Shown: positions 48,086-58,774, counted from the stretch's first letter. The stretch is DNA of 64,000 bases from Nitrobacter sp. (GCF_051535215.1 NZ_JBPPLY010000009.1:67417-131416), one strand, 5' to 3'. Translations and numbers: made by a program. Notes: generated by a model not told the origin, from the letters alone.

Positions 48086-49327
48086 GTGACCGTGCTGCGC
48101 ATCCGCGACGCCGCCGATGTCGAAGCCGCCGTGCGCGCCGCGATCGCCGACGAACAACCGCTCGAGATCATCGGTCACGGTTCGAAGCGGCCGATCGGCC
48201 ACGCGATGGCGACCAATGCGGTGCTCGACGTCTCGGCGCTGAATGCGGTGACGTCCTATGAGCCCAACGAACTCATCATCACGGTGCAGGCCGGTGCCGC
48301 GCTGGATGAGGTACTGTCGCTGCTCGATTCAAGCAATCAGCAGTTCGCGTTCGAGCCGATGGACACCGCCGCGCTGCTCGATGCTCGCTCCGGCCGCGGC
48401 ACCATCGGCGGCATGATCGGGGCGGGGCTCGCCGGCCCGCGCCGCATCAAGGCCGGCGGCGCGCGCGATCATCTGCTTGGCGTTCACGCGGTCTCCGGCT
48501 TCGGTGACAGTTTCAAGGCTGGCGGCCGGGTGGTGAAGAACGTCACCGGATACGATCTCTGCAAGCTGCTGGCGGGATCGTGGGGCACGCTCGCGGTCAT
48601 GACAGAGGTGACGCTCAAGGTGATGCCGAAAGCCGAGACGGAACGCACGCTGGTGATGCGCGGTCTCGACGACGTCGCCGCCAACCGGGCGATGACGGCG
48701 GCGCTGGGTTCGCCGTACGACGTCTCGGGGGCGGCGCATGTGCCGGGCACGGCTCTCGGGGCCGCGCAGGACGCGCTGGCTAGCCTCACAACCGTGGGAA
48801 AGGCAGTAACGCTGTTGCGGCTGGAAGGCATCGCCGCCTCGGTCGCTCACCGCGCCTCGGCGCTCGCAGCCGACCTTGCTTCGTTTGGAACTGCCGAACT
48901 CGTCGAAGGCGCGCAGTCGGCGGCTCTGTGGCGCGATATCCGCGACGTCATGCCGTTCGCGGCCGGCGGCGCGTTAGGCGCGTATCCGGTGTGGCGGATC
49001 GTCTGTCCGCCGGCGCGAGGCGGTGCGTTCGGTCAGGCGCTGGCGCGCGAGACCGGCGGCGAGGTGATCTACGACTGGGGCGGCGGCTTGATCTGGGCGG
49101 CGCTGCCGCCCTCGGTCGATGCTCACGCCTTGGCTCTGCGCCGGGGACTCGCCGCGATCGGCGGCCATGCGACCCTGCTGCGGGCCGACGAGGGAACGCG
49201 GCGCGCGGTCGACGTGTTTCATCCGCAGGCGAAAGGCGTCGCTGCATTGTCCGAGCGGGTGCGGCAGAGCTTCGATCCGAAAAGCATTCTCAATCGCGGC
49301 AGGCTGACCCGGACCCTGATCTCATGA
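48086..49327 (+). CDS. glcE: Glycolate oxidase subunit GlcE
   Basis: 'YEPNELIITVQAG', 'GTIGGMIGAGLAGPRR', 'GGRVVKNVTGYDLCKL.AGSWGTL'. GTG start chosen because the track start lies inside the repeat. Confidence 0.92.
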   Translation: MTVLRIRDAADVEAAVRAAIADEQPLEIIGHGSKRPIGHAMATNAVLDVSALNAVTSYEPNELIITVQAGAALDEVLSLLDSSNQQFAFEPMDTAALLDARSGRGTIGGMIGAGLAGPRRIKAGGARDHLLGVHAVSGFGDSFKAGGRVVKNVTGYDLCKLLAGSWGTLAVMTEVTLKVMPKAETERTLVMRGLDDVAANRAMTAALGSPYDVSGAAHVPGTALGAAQDALASLTTVGKAVTLLRLEGIAASVAHRASALAADLASFGTAELVEGAQSAALWRDIRDVMPFAAGGALGAYPVWRIVCPPARGGAFGQALARETGGEVIYDWGGGLIWAALPPSVDAHALALRRGLAAIGGHATLLRADEGTRRAVDVFHPQAKGVAALSERVRQSFDPKSILNRGRLTRTLIS

Positions 49328-50640
49328 AAACCGAATTCACGCCCGCGCAACTGGCCGATCCGGATATCGCCGAGGCCGACAAGATCCTGCGCAAATGCGT
49401 GCATTGCGGGTTCTGCACGGCGACGTGTCCGACTTATGTGCTGCTTGGCGACGAGCTCGACAGTCCGCGCGGCCGGATTTACCTGATCAAGCAGATGCTC
49501 GAAAAGAACGAGCCGCCGACCGCGGAGGTCGTGAAGCACATCGACCGCTGCCTGTCATGCCTCGCCTGCATGACGACCTGTCCCTCAGGCGTCAACTACA
49601 TGCATCTGGTCGATCAGGCGCGGGTCAAGATCGCGAAGGAGTACGAACGACCGCTTCCCGAACGGCTGCTTCGAATGGTTCTGGCCTATGTGCTGCCGCG
49701 GCCGCAACTGTTTCGGGCCAGCATGATCCTGGCGCGCTTCGGCCGGCCCTTCGCGGCGCTGCTGCCGGGCTCGAAAGCCGGTGCGACGACGCCGACGTTC
49801 CTGCGCAGAATCAAGGCGATGCTGGCGCTTGCGCCGGCGTCACTGCCGTCTTCCGGAGCGGCCGCCGGCAGTGTGTTCCCGGCGAAGGGTTCGAGGCGCG
49901 GCCGCGTCGCGCTGCTGCAAGGCTGCGCCCAGCAGGTGCTGGCGCCGCGTATCAACGAGGCGGCGATCAGCCTGTTGACCCGTCACGGCGTCGAGGTGGT
50001 GCTGGTTGCGGACGAGCAGTGTTGCGGCGCGCTGACGCATCACATGGGCGACGACCGGGATGCGCTGGCGCGGGCGCGGGCCAACATCACGGCCTGGCTC
50101 CGTGAGGCGGAACGCGGCGGCCTCGATGCCATCGTGGTGACGGCGTCCGGCTGCGGCACAGTCATCAAGGACTACGGTTACCTGTTGCGGCAGGACTGCG
50201 ATTACGCCGCTCCGGCCGCGAGGGTCTCAGGCCTTGCCAAGGACATCACCGAGTACATCGCGAGCCTCGATTTGCCTGCGCCGCAGAGGCGCAGCGATCT
50301 CGTCATCGCCTATCATTCCGCCTGTTCGCTTCAGCACGGGCAGAAAATCACGCAGCTTCCGAAAGATTTGCTTTCCAAGAATGGATTCGTGGTGAAAGAT
50401 ATACCCGAGAGTCATTTGTGTTGCGGTTCGGCGGGGACGTACAACATTCTCCAGCCTGACATTGCGAACAGCTTGCGCAACCGGAAGGTCGCCAATATCG
50501 CGAGCGTCAAGCCGGACATGATCGCTACGGGCAATATCGGGTGCATGGTCCAGATTGCCGGTGGAACGTCGGTCCCTGTTGTTCACACGATTGAACTTCT
50601 CGATTGGGCGACAGGCGGCCCCCGGCCAGGATTGAATTGA
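49324..50640 (+). CDS. glcF: Glycolate oxidase iron-sulfur subunit
   Basis: 'CVHCGFCTATCP', 'DELDSPRGRIYL', 'CLSCLACMTTCPSGV', 'CCGSAGTYNILQP'. Confidence 0.95.
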   Translation: MKTEFTPAQLADPDIAEADKILRKCVHCGFCTATCPTYVLLGDELDSPRGRIYLIKQMLEKNEPPTAEVVKHIDRCLSCLACMTTCPSGVNYMHLVDQARVKIAKEYERPLPERLLRMVLAYVLPRPQLFRASMILARFGRPFAALLPGSKAGATTPTFLRRIKAMLALAPASLPSSGAAAGSVFPAKGSRRGRVALLQGCAQQVLAPRINEAAISLLTRHGVEVVLVADEQCCGALTHHMGDDRDALARARANITAWLREAERGGLDAIVVTASGCGTVIKDYGYLLRQDCDYAAPAARVSGLAKDITEYIASLDLPAPQRRSDLVIAYHSACSLQHGQKITQLPKDLLSKNGFVVKDIPESHLCCGSAGTYNILQPDIANSLRNRKVANIASVKPDMIATGNIGCMVQIAGGTSVPVVHTIELLDWATGGPRPGLN

Positions 50641-50663
50641 TTGCCGGCAACAGGAGGACCACG

Positions 50664-51119
50664 ATGGCTAAGAAATCCAGGAAGGCGAAGAGCGTTAAGG
50701 CCAAGAAGAGCAAGAAGAAGGCCGTAGCGACGAAGAGGAAATCGGCGAAGAAAACTGCGAAGAAGTCGGTGAAGACGGCTTCGAAAAAGAAGACGGCGAA
50801 GAAGAAATCAGCGAAGAAATCGGCCAAGAAATCGGCCAAGAAATCAGCAAAGAAATCGGCTAGGAAATCCGCGAAGAAGTCTCCGAAGAAAGCCGCCAGG
50901 ACATCTTCCGGGACATCCGCAAGCAAGCCGGCGGCCAAACGACGGGCTTCGGCGAAAAAGGCCGCAGCCAAGCGAGCCGCGCCACGGCCTGCGTCGACCG
51001 CTTCCACGCTGGCCTCGAGTTGGGCGATGCCCGAGCCCGCTGCTCCTTCCTCGTCCCATGGTCACATGGATCATTCGACGGACCATACTCACGGGTCGGG
51101 TTCAGGCGAGAGCAACTAG
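50664..51119 (+). CDS. Histone H1-like Lys/Ala/Ser-rich protein with His-rich C-terminal tail
   Basis: RBS AGGAGG; (KKSA)n repeats, no acidic residue in about the first 120 aa; ends 'HGHMDHSTDHTHGSGSGESN'. Confidence 0.8.
   Translation: MAKKSRKAKSVKAKKSKKKAVATKRKSAKKTAKKSVKTASKKKTAKKKSAKKSAKKSAKKSAKKSARKSAKKSPKKAARTSSGTSASKPAAKRRASAKKAAAKRAAPRPASTASTLASSWAMPEPAAPSSSHGHMDHSTDHTHGSGSGESN
50802..50885 (+). repeat. Seven 12-bp coding tandem repeats (KKSA)
   Basis: Consensus aagaaatc(a/g)gc(c/g/a/t) units, in frame. Confidence 0.85.
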
Positions 51120-51288
51120 AGGGAGCCGCTTCCGGACTCCATGAGGGGGCGGGAGACGTTACCCTCGGACCAGGCCGAGGGCCTGCTCGAAAGCTGGAGC
51201 GTCCCGATTCCGATGTTCGCATGTCGTGCGATGACCCTTGGTGCGAACTTCGGAATCTAAGGGAACACTGGCAAACCTGACTTGAGCC

Positions 51289-51318
51289 GGGTCGCAGCGT
51301 CGCCGCTGCGGCCCTTTT
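51289..51318 (+). terminator. Intrinsic terminator about 170 nt after the H1-like gene
   Basis: Stem GGGTCGCAGCG/CGCTGCGGCCC followed by TTTT. Confidence 0.6.
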
Positions 51319-51655
51319 CATTTGCAAGAAAGTCCGGCTCGGAAATCTCGTCCGCCGGTTGCTGGTTCCGTCCGGTGCGATGTGCCCGCGGAAGCGTGGG
51401 AGTTGGTTCGCGCCGCTTCGCTCTTGTGAGCGAGACGCCGTGATGCCGACGAACAAAAGTGTTGCAAACAGGCTTCGGCGCACAGATAGGCGGCAAATGC
51501 CCGCTATTTCGGCTTCCCGGTTTTCAGCGGGGACCTCATTCTTGGTTAACGAAAAGGAAATCGGTTTCGGTCAAATTTCCCCTTCTTCGCGGCCTCTGTG
51601 ATTTTGTCGCGGCCTTCAAGATTGGGGTGGCTTTTCGGGTGGACGGGGGTTCGTC

Positions 51656-52669
51656 ATGAAGAGAGTGATTCTGGCGGCAGCGGCGCTGGCGCTGACGGCA
51701 AGCTCGGCGCTAGGGGCGGACATGGCGGTGAAGGCCTACAAGGCGCCGCCTCCCGTCGCATTTGATCCGTGGGACATCGCCTTCGGCGCCGGCGTGGTGA
51801 GCGACTACGTGTTCCGTGGCGTGACGCAGTCGAACCACAAGCCGTCGGTGACCGCTTACTTCGAGCCTCGCTATAACCTCACCAAGGACCTGCAGCTCTA
51901 CGTCGGCTCTGCGGTCGAGAGCATCTCTTTCGCCAACCGCGCGGCGGCAGAGGTCGATGTCTACGGCGGCATCCGACCGACTTTCGGCGCCTTCGCCTTC
52001 GACTTCGGCGTCTGGGGTTACCTGTATCCCGGCGGCGCCTGCTACTACGGCGCACCGACCGACACCGCAGGCCGCCTGCTGAGCGCTGAATGCGCGAACA
52101 ACGTCCTCCTCAACGGCAACGTCATGAAGAAGGACGTGAGCTTCTTCGAAGGCTTCGCCAAGGTGAACTACACCGTCAGCGACAATTGGGCTGTCGGCCT
52201 GAACGAATACTACTCCCCGAACTTCCTGAACACCGGCGCGTGGGGTAACTACGCGTCGATCACCGCCAAGTACACCGCGCCCGCTGCCGCGTTCGGAGCT
52301 AGCGGCATCGGCATGTACGTGTCGGGTGAGTTCGGCCGCCAGTGGCTCGGAACATCGGACTCGTTCTATGGCACGGGTGTCGCTGCGGCGGGCTTCGCGG
52401 GTCCGTTTCCGAACGGCATCAAGTATGCCGATTACAACACCTGGAACATCGGCGTCGGTCTCACCTACAAGGTGTTTACGCTGGATCTGCGCTACTCCGA
52501 CAGCGACCTGTCGAAGGGCAACTGCAACGCATTCACGTCCGATTTCACCGCGCCGCTCAATGGCAGCTTTACGAACAACAATCCGGGCGGCGCCGGTTCC
52601 AACTGGTGCGGCGCAACTTTCATCGCCAAGCTGTCGGCTGACCTGACTGCGATGACCAGCCTGAAATAA
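51656..52669 (+). CDS. TorF-family putative porin
   Basis: Signal then 'ADMAVKA', 'SDYVFRGVTQS', 'EVDVYGGIRP', 'DFGVWGYLYPG', 'DYNTWNIG', 'LDLRYSDSD'. Confidence 0.85.
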   Translation: MKRVILAAAALALTASSALGADMAVKAYKAPPPVAFDPWDIAFGAGVVSDYVFRGVTQSNHKPSVTAYFEPRYNLTKDLQLYVGSAVESISFANRAAAEVDVYGGIRPTFGAFAFDFGVWGYLYPGGACYYGAPTDTAGRLLSAECANNVLLNGNVMKKDVSFFEGFAKVNYTVSDNWAVGLNEYYSPNFLNTGAWGNYASITAKYTAPAAAFGASGIGMYVSGEFGRQWLGTSDSFYGTGVAAAGFAGPFPNGIKYADYNTWNIGVGLTYKVFTLDLRYSDSDLSKGNCNAFTSDFTAPLNGSFTNNNPGGAGSNWCGATFIAKLSADLTAMTSLK

Positions 52670-52823
52670 AACGCACCTTTAGTCGGAAGAGACGGTGCCG
52701 GTGCTGCGGCAGCGATGGTGGCGCGGCGCGGACTGCAAGCCGGGTGCAGGCTTCACGTCGGCTGATCCGCGCTGTAAAACGGCGGGTGCGATCGGCGTCG
52801 CGATCATCATTCAACGAGGGCAG

Positions 52824-53237
52824 ATGGCAGCAAGGTTCGGCTTCCGGTTCGGTGTCGTCGCGGCTGCGGCCGCGATTGCAAGCATCGGTGCATTTCCGGC
52901 TTCGGCGCAGGATGGGTTTCCGTTCGGCCTCGAGATGACACTCGATGCGCCGCCCCAACCCGGCTCCAAGCGGGTGCCGTCGCTGGACATCGGCGATAGC
53001 GGCGAGGTCAGGCTCGAACTGTGGTGCAAGGGCGGCAAGGGGCAGTTCTCGGTTGCCGGCAACACGGTCATCTTCGCGGCCGGCCCGCTGGAGGACCGCG
53101 CCTGTCCGCCGGAGACAGCCAAGGTCGATGACGATCTGATCACGGCGCTTTCTGCCGCGAGCACCTGGGCGCGACAGGGCGATGAAATCTCGTTCGACGG
53201 ACCGACCCCGCTACGTTTCCATCTCAATACGAATTAG
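52824..53237 (+). CDS. META-domain (HslJ-like) exported protein
   Basis: Signal peptide, 'LWCKGGKGQFSV.G..V.F', 'RACPP', 'L.AL..A.TW.RQGD'. Confidence 0.7.
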   Translation: MAARFGFRFGVVAAAAAIASIGAFPASAQDGFPFGLEMTLDAPPQPGSKRVPSLDIGDSGEVRLELWCKGGKGQFSVAGNTVIFAAGPLEDRACPPETAKVDDDLITALSAASTWARQGDEISFDGPTPLRFHLNTN

Positions 53238-53276
53238 CTGCGGTTTGCATTTGACGTCTCATCGAAGCGCGGCGCT

Positions 53277-53392
53277 TCCCCGGATGCGGCGCAGCGCGAA
53301 GCGGTACGATGCCAATCCGGGGTCGCAACAGTACGCACCGCAACGATCCGGGCCTGCGCGGCGTCACGTCGTGCCGCAGCGCGCCCGGGAGA
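53277..53392. repeat. REP-like doublet between convergent genes
   Basis: Arm CCCCGGAT...GCAGCGCGAAGCG...ATCCGGGG and second arm CCGGGC..GCGGC..GCCGCAGCGCGCCCGG. Confidence 0.55.
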
Positions 53393-53443
53393 TCCCGGAA
53401 ACGAGTTCTCAAACGGACGCTGAGAGGGTCGGGGAGGAAGCTA

Positions 53444-54640
53444 TCATTTCCAGACCGATTTATCGGCGTTCCAGCGCTGCGCCTTGAAATGCTTGGCCAG
53501 CGCCTCCACGGCGCCGCTGTCGTCGGTCTCGGCGTCCTCGTCCTCTCCTGAGGACTGGTCGTCGGCCAGATTGAGCTTCGGCCCATCGCTTTCATCCGCG
53601 GTGGTCGTCGAGGGGACGCCGATCCAGAGCATCATGTGATCCGACCCGCCGGGCTTGTCGGGAGCGGGCAGCGCGGTCACCTCGATGGTATCGGTCAGTC
53701 CAAGCGCCGGAACCATTTCGCTTGGGCGCTTGAAGGTGAGAGTGAGCTTGCCGGTGTCATCACTCCATTTTGTCGATACCGGCTTTGCGTCCAGGGCTTT
53801 TTCCAGCACACCCGAGATGGCGGTCGCGAGCTTGTCGCGATTGAGCTTGCCATTGTCGCGCCATTCGGCCGCGGGGAAGCGGATGGTGCGGTCCATGTCG
53901 AACAGGCCGGCGCTCCAGCCGGCGGCGATCACGCCCGGCAACGATTTCAACCGGGCGATGAGGGAGGGCGCGCGCTCCGGATCGACATTGATGTCGATGA
54001 CCTGAGCGCCGGCCCGCAGCGCCTCGCAGGTCACCTCGAGGCTGTTCAGCGCGACTTCGACGTTTTGTCCGCGCAGCCCTTTGAGCAGGTCTGCGGCCGC
54101 GTCGAGTTTGACTTTCACGGCGATCGCCTCGGGAGACACCTCGGTGAAATCCTTCGGCGTTGCGGTGATGCCGTCGTCGGTTGTCCGGCTCTCGTTGAAC
54201 TCGGCCTCGCTGAGATCGGAATTGTCCGTCGATGTCACCTTGGTGACGGTCTGGCCGACGCTGACCCGGCCGTCGAACTCGAACGTATCGCCGGTAGGCT
54301 TGCGGGTGAGCGTCACCGTGACCGGCAGCTTGTCGCCGATGCTTTGGGTCGTGCCTGTCAGGGTCGAGCCGTTCACCGTGAGGTTGACGACGAAGCGATC
54401 CTTGCGATCGGAGCCTTTTTCCGCGGGGTAACACGCATCAAGGACGGCGCCCGTGACAGTCTTGCCCTGGCGGGTTTCCTTGAGGATGACGTCGGCGTTG
54501 CCCTCCATCAGCCCGTCGATGGAGGTGAAATATCGCACCTCGGCACCGCCGGGCGGTTTGGGAAGCGGCCTGTCCTGCGCGAACAGCAGGCTCGGTGAGA
54601 TCGCCACCAGGCCGCCCAGACACCACAGCAGCGTGCGCAT
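53444..54640 (-). CDS. Exported hypothetical protein (398 aa)
   Basis: Long ORF with host-like codon use, Sec signal ending LFA, beta-rich N-terminal half, acidic C-terminal linker; no family recognised. Confidence 0.75.
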   Translation of the reverse strand: MRTLLWCLGGLVAISPSLLFAQDRPLPKPPGGAEVRYFTSIDGLMEGNADVILKETRQGKTVTGAVLDACYPAEKGSDRKDRFVVNLTVNGSTLTGTTQSIGDKLPVTVTLTRKPTGDTFEFDGRVSVGQTVTKVTSTDNSDLSEAEFNESRTTDDGITATPKDFTEVSPEAIAVKVKLDAAADLLKGLRGQNVEVALNSLEVTCEALRAGAQVIDINVDPERAPSLIARLKSLPGVIAAGWSAGLFDMDRTIRFPAAEWRDNGKLNRDKLATAISGVLEKALDAKPVSTKWSDDTGKLTLTFKRPSEMVPALGLTDTIEVTALPAPDKPGGSDHMMLWIGVPSTTTADESDGPKLNLADDQSSGEDEDAETDDSGAVEALAKHFKAQRWNADKSVWK

Positions 54641-54672
54641 AGAGAATCCCCGTTTGTCGAATCGGCTGCACC

Positions 54673-54794
54673 CTAGAGTTTTTCACCGTTTCACGGAAAC
54701 CGTCAAAAACTCCAGATTCTTGATCTGACGCGTTTTCTCACGCGAACCGGATTCCACGCCGGGTCAGGCCGAGGGCATGCTCCGCTCGAAAACG
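54673..54794 (+). repeat. RIME-like element, family 1 (different left hairpin, internal insert)
   Basis: CTAGAGTTTTT...AAAAACTCCAG then TGACGCGTTTTCTCACGCGAACCGGATTCCAC[gccgggtcaggccgagggcatg]CTCCGCTCGAAAACG. Confidence 0.78.
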
Positions 54795-54813
54795 ACACGA
54801 AACCCGCTTCGCC

Positions 54814-54844
54814 AAAAAAGAAGGCCGCCTGGAGGCGGCCTTCT
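54814..54844 (-). terminator. groEL intrinsic terminator
   Basis: Perfect 11-bp stem AGAAGGCCGCC/GGCGGCCTTCT with a T tract on the minus strand. Confidence 0.85.
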
Positions 54845-54871
54845 GGCGAAGTCGTGCAAGTCGGCAGCGGC

Positions 54872-56509
<1,638 letters not shown>

Positions 56510-56545
56510 TGAATGTTACTCCTTTAAGGAAATGCTCCTGTTTGT

Positions 56546-56636
56546 CGTCATGACCGGACTTGTTCCGGCCATCCGCCTTCTTTCCCGGTTGAAGGGGAAG
56601 AAGCCGTGGATCACCGGGACAAGCCCGGTGAAGACG
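56546..56636. repeat. CGTC-type REP doublet between groES and groEL
   Basis: CGTCATGACCGGACTTGTTCCGGCCATCC...GTGGATCACCGGGACAAGCCCGGTGAAGACG. Confidence 0.82.
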
Positions 56637-56661
56637 CTTGGTGCAGGAAGCCGGATCGTGC

Positions 56662-56958
56662 TTAGCTCAAAACGCCCATGATATCGGACTCCTTCATGAT
56701 GAGGAGGTCCTGGCCGTCGAGCTTGATCTCGGTGCCCGACCACTTGCCGAACAGCACTTTGTCCCCGACCTTGATGTCGATGGGAACCAGCTTGCCGGCC
56801 TCGTCGCGGCCGCCCGGACCGACAGCCACGACTTCGCCTTGCGAGGGCTTCTCCCGGGCGGTGTCGGGAATGATGATGCCGCCCTTGGTTTTTTCATCGG
56901 CATCGATGCGTTTGACCACAACACGGTCATGCAGCGGACGAAATTTGGTTTTAGCCAT
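56662..56958 (-). CDS. groES: Co-chaperonin GroES
   Basis: '[12 protein letters not shown]', '[15 protein letters not shown]', '[14 protein letters not shown]', 'IMKESDIMG'. Confidence 0.98.
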   Translation of the reverse strand: MAKTKFRPLHDRVVVKRIDADEKTKGGIIIPDTAREKPSQGEVVAVGPGGRDEAGKLVPIDIKVGDKVLFGKWSGTEIKLDGQDLLIMKESDIMGVLS

Positions 56959-57047
56959 GGCGGCTCCTCCGGGGGTTCGCAGGACTCTGAATTGCCATCG
57001 TCGGATTGCATGCGCCGAGATCCGCAGCGCGCGAGCGAGTCGTATCT

Positions 57048-57074
57048 TTGGCAATCATGTTCCGAGAGTGCTAA
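57048..57074 (-). promoter_or_regulatory. CIRCE element (HrcA operator), one arm degenerate
   Basis: TTGGCAATC-N9-GAGTGCTAA against consensus TTAGCACTC-N9-GAGTGCTAA (2 mismatches), upstream of groES. Confidence 0.85.
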
Positions 57075-57087
57075 TCGTTGGCGGGGA

Positions 57088-57114
57088 ATATGGCTTGGCA
57101 GCCATGCTGTCAAG
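57088..57114 (-). promoter_or_regulatory. RpoH (sigma32)-like promoter of groESL
   Basis: Minus strand CTTGAC-N15-CCATAT, just upstream of the CIRCE box; fits the alphaproteobacterial RpoH consensus. Confidence 0.6.
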
Positions 57115-57267
57115 CAAGCGCCCTTAAGCCGTTGGTGAGGGGCGTGTAGGATAGTGCAAACCAAGTCGTGGCGTCTCTGCGATCGCGGGGTACGGATCGC
57201 CGCGGCAACATTTTTCAGGGTCTGGCTGCTTTGGGTGGCGGTCGGGAATTCGGTCGGGGAATAGACG

Positions 57268-57783
57268 ATGGTCAGATCAGACGGCGGACGCGCGGCTTTG
57301 AACCTTGGGGCGGCTGCGGCCCTTGCGATGTTTGTCGGCGGATGCGGATCGATCGGATCGATCGGACTGTCGACCCAGCCGGCGCAGCCACCGCAACCGG
57401 CCGTCGAGCCCGAAATTCCGGCAACGATCCGCGCCGACGAACTCGTGGGGCGCTGGGGTCTTGCGTCCTACCAGAATCCGAACGACCGGGCGCGGACCGA
57501 AGCCGCAGCCAAGGCGCAATGCCGGAATCCCTACGTGATCGGCGCAGGCGGCAACGGTGGCGTGATCATGCATCTCGCCGACGAGGCGAAGCCGCAGGAA
57601 TTGCGGTTGAAAGGCAGCCAGAGCGGCAAGAACTATATCGGTCCGGAGGGACCGGCGGGCGGCGCGAAAGATCGCGAGATCGTTTCTTTCGACGGCCGCG
57701 TCCTCATCACCCGCTTCATCGACCCCGATGCGGCGACCCGCTACGGCAACATGGTGTATGTCCGCTGCGCGCCGCAGCGTTGA
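57268..57783 (+). CDS. Hypothetical lipoprotein
   Basis: Lipobox-like 'FVGGC', Pro/Gln linker, 'GRWGLASY', 'RYGNMVYVRC'. Confidence 0.75.
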   Translation: MVRSDGGRAALNLGAAAALAMFVGGCGSIGSIGLSTQPAQPPQPAVEPEIPATIRADELVGRWGLASYQNPNDRARTEAAAKAQCRNPYVIGAGGNGGVIMHLADEAKPQELRLKGSQSGKNYIGPEGPAGGAKDREIVSFDGRVLITRFIDPDAATRYGNMVYVRCAPQR

Positions 57784-57845
57784 TCGCCGGTTGCGATTTC
57801 ACGGACACGGCCTGAACCTGCCAATCGCCGATCCGGTATCGGCCA

Positions 57846-57924
57846 TGGCGTTTTCGTGGTTCGCTGCAAGACAACGCAACAAAATAAATCATGGAGTCTC
57901 GCTTCTGATTCCATCAGAAGCGAG
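57846..57924 (-). repeat. RIME-like element, family 1, inverted and internally deleted
   Basis: Reverse complement reads CTCGCTTCTGATGGAATCAGAAGCGAG-ACTCCATGATTTATTTTGTTGCGTTGTCTTGCAGCGAACCACGAAAACGCC. Confidence 0.7.
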
Positions 57925-57930
57925 AAAGCG

Positions 57931-58713
57931 CTAGCCGAACAACGCGTCGATATCGTCCTGAGAGGCGTGTCCCTCGTCGCCGTCGAGCTTCGGACCGTTC
58001 AGAAGCTTGGCATCGCCGACGCGATCATCGATGATCGGCGGAGCATGAGCGCGGATGGCGTCGACGCCGCCCCAGATGTCCATCATGACGTTGATGTGAT
58101 GTTCGATGAACTTCATGGTGCTCATCACCTTGGCGATGCGTTGCCCGGTGAGATCCTGGAAGTTGCAGGCCTCGAAAATCGCGATCACGCGCTCCTGGAT
58201 TTCCTCGCTCTGCAACTGTGTCTGTTCCGGCGACGCAGACTTCGTCAGGGCGCTGGCCGACTGGTCGATCGCCTCGGCGGCCTCCAGAATCCGTTGCGTC
58301 GCCTGCTCGGTGCCGCCCACCACGGCGCCAAGTTCGTCGGTCACCTTCGACATCTCGTCGCCGCTGAAGCTCTTGCCGTGAAGAACGGCGATTTCCTGCT
58401 TGGTGCGGGTGATGGCGTCGTAGATCAGATCGAGCTCGGTCTTCAGCTTTTCGCACTGTTCGATCTGCGCGCGATAGGTCTGCAGCACAGCCTGAGCATC
58501 GGCGACCTCGCGGCTGACCTCGGTGTCGGCCGCAGCCGCTTCGCCCGCGCCATTGCGGCGTGAAGCCCCCATCTGTTGGCGGATCGCCTGCAACTCCGCC
58601 ATGATCTCGCGATGTACCGGCATTGACGTCTCCACATGTTCGGTGGCTGCGATTACGGGCGCGCCGGCATTCAAAATCTCCTCGACGCGGAAGCGCTTGC
58701 GTTGAACAGCCAT
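57931..58713 (-). CDS. cheZ: CheZ-family chemotaxis phosphatase (alphaproteobacterial type)
   Basis: 'ELGAVVGGTEQATQRILEAAE', 'IFEACNFQDLTGQRIAKV', C-terminal 'LLNGP....ASQDDIDALFG'. Confidence 0.85.
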   Translation of the reverse strand: MAVQRKRFRVEEILNAGAPVIAATEHVETSMPVHREIMAELQAIRQQMGASRRNGAGEAAAADTEVSREVADAQAVLQTYRAQIEQCEKLKTELDLIYDAITRTKQEIAVLHGKSFSGDEMSKVTDELGAVVGGTEQATQRILEAAEAIDQSASALTKSASPEQTQLQSEEIQERVIAIFEACNFQDLTGQRIAKVMSTMKFIEHHINVMMDIWGGVDAIRAHAPPIIDDRVGDAKLLNGPKLDGDEGHASQDDIDALFG

Positions 58714-58774
58714 CAGATTCCCCAGCTCTAAATCAATCCGTCACGCTATATCATCCGTTGTATACCGACGTGGT

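Noticed and set aside
47862-48089. 75-aa ORF between glcD and glcE
   Set aside because: Mostly translated palindromic repeat; no recognisable protein features.
57931-58713. CheZ outside a chemotaxis operon as a novelty
   Set aside because: Stand-alone CheZ-family genes are already known in Rhizobiales; kept as a feature only.
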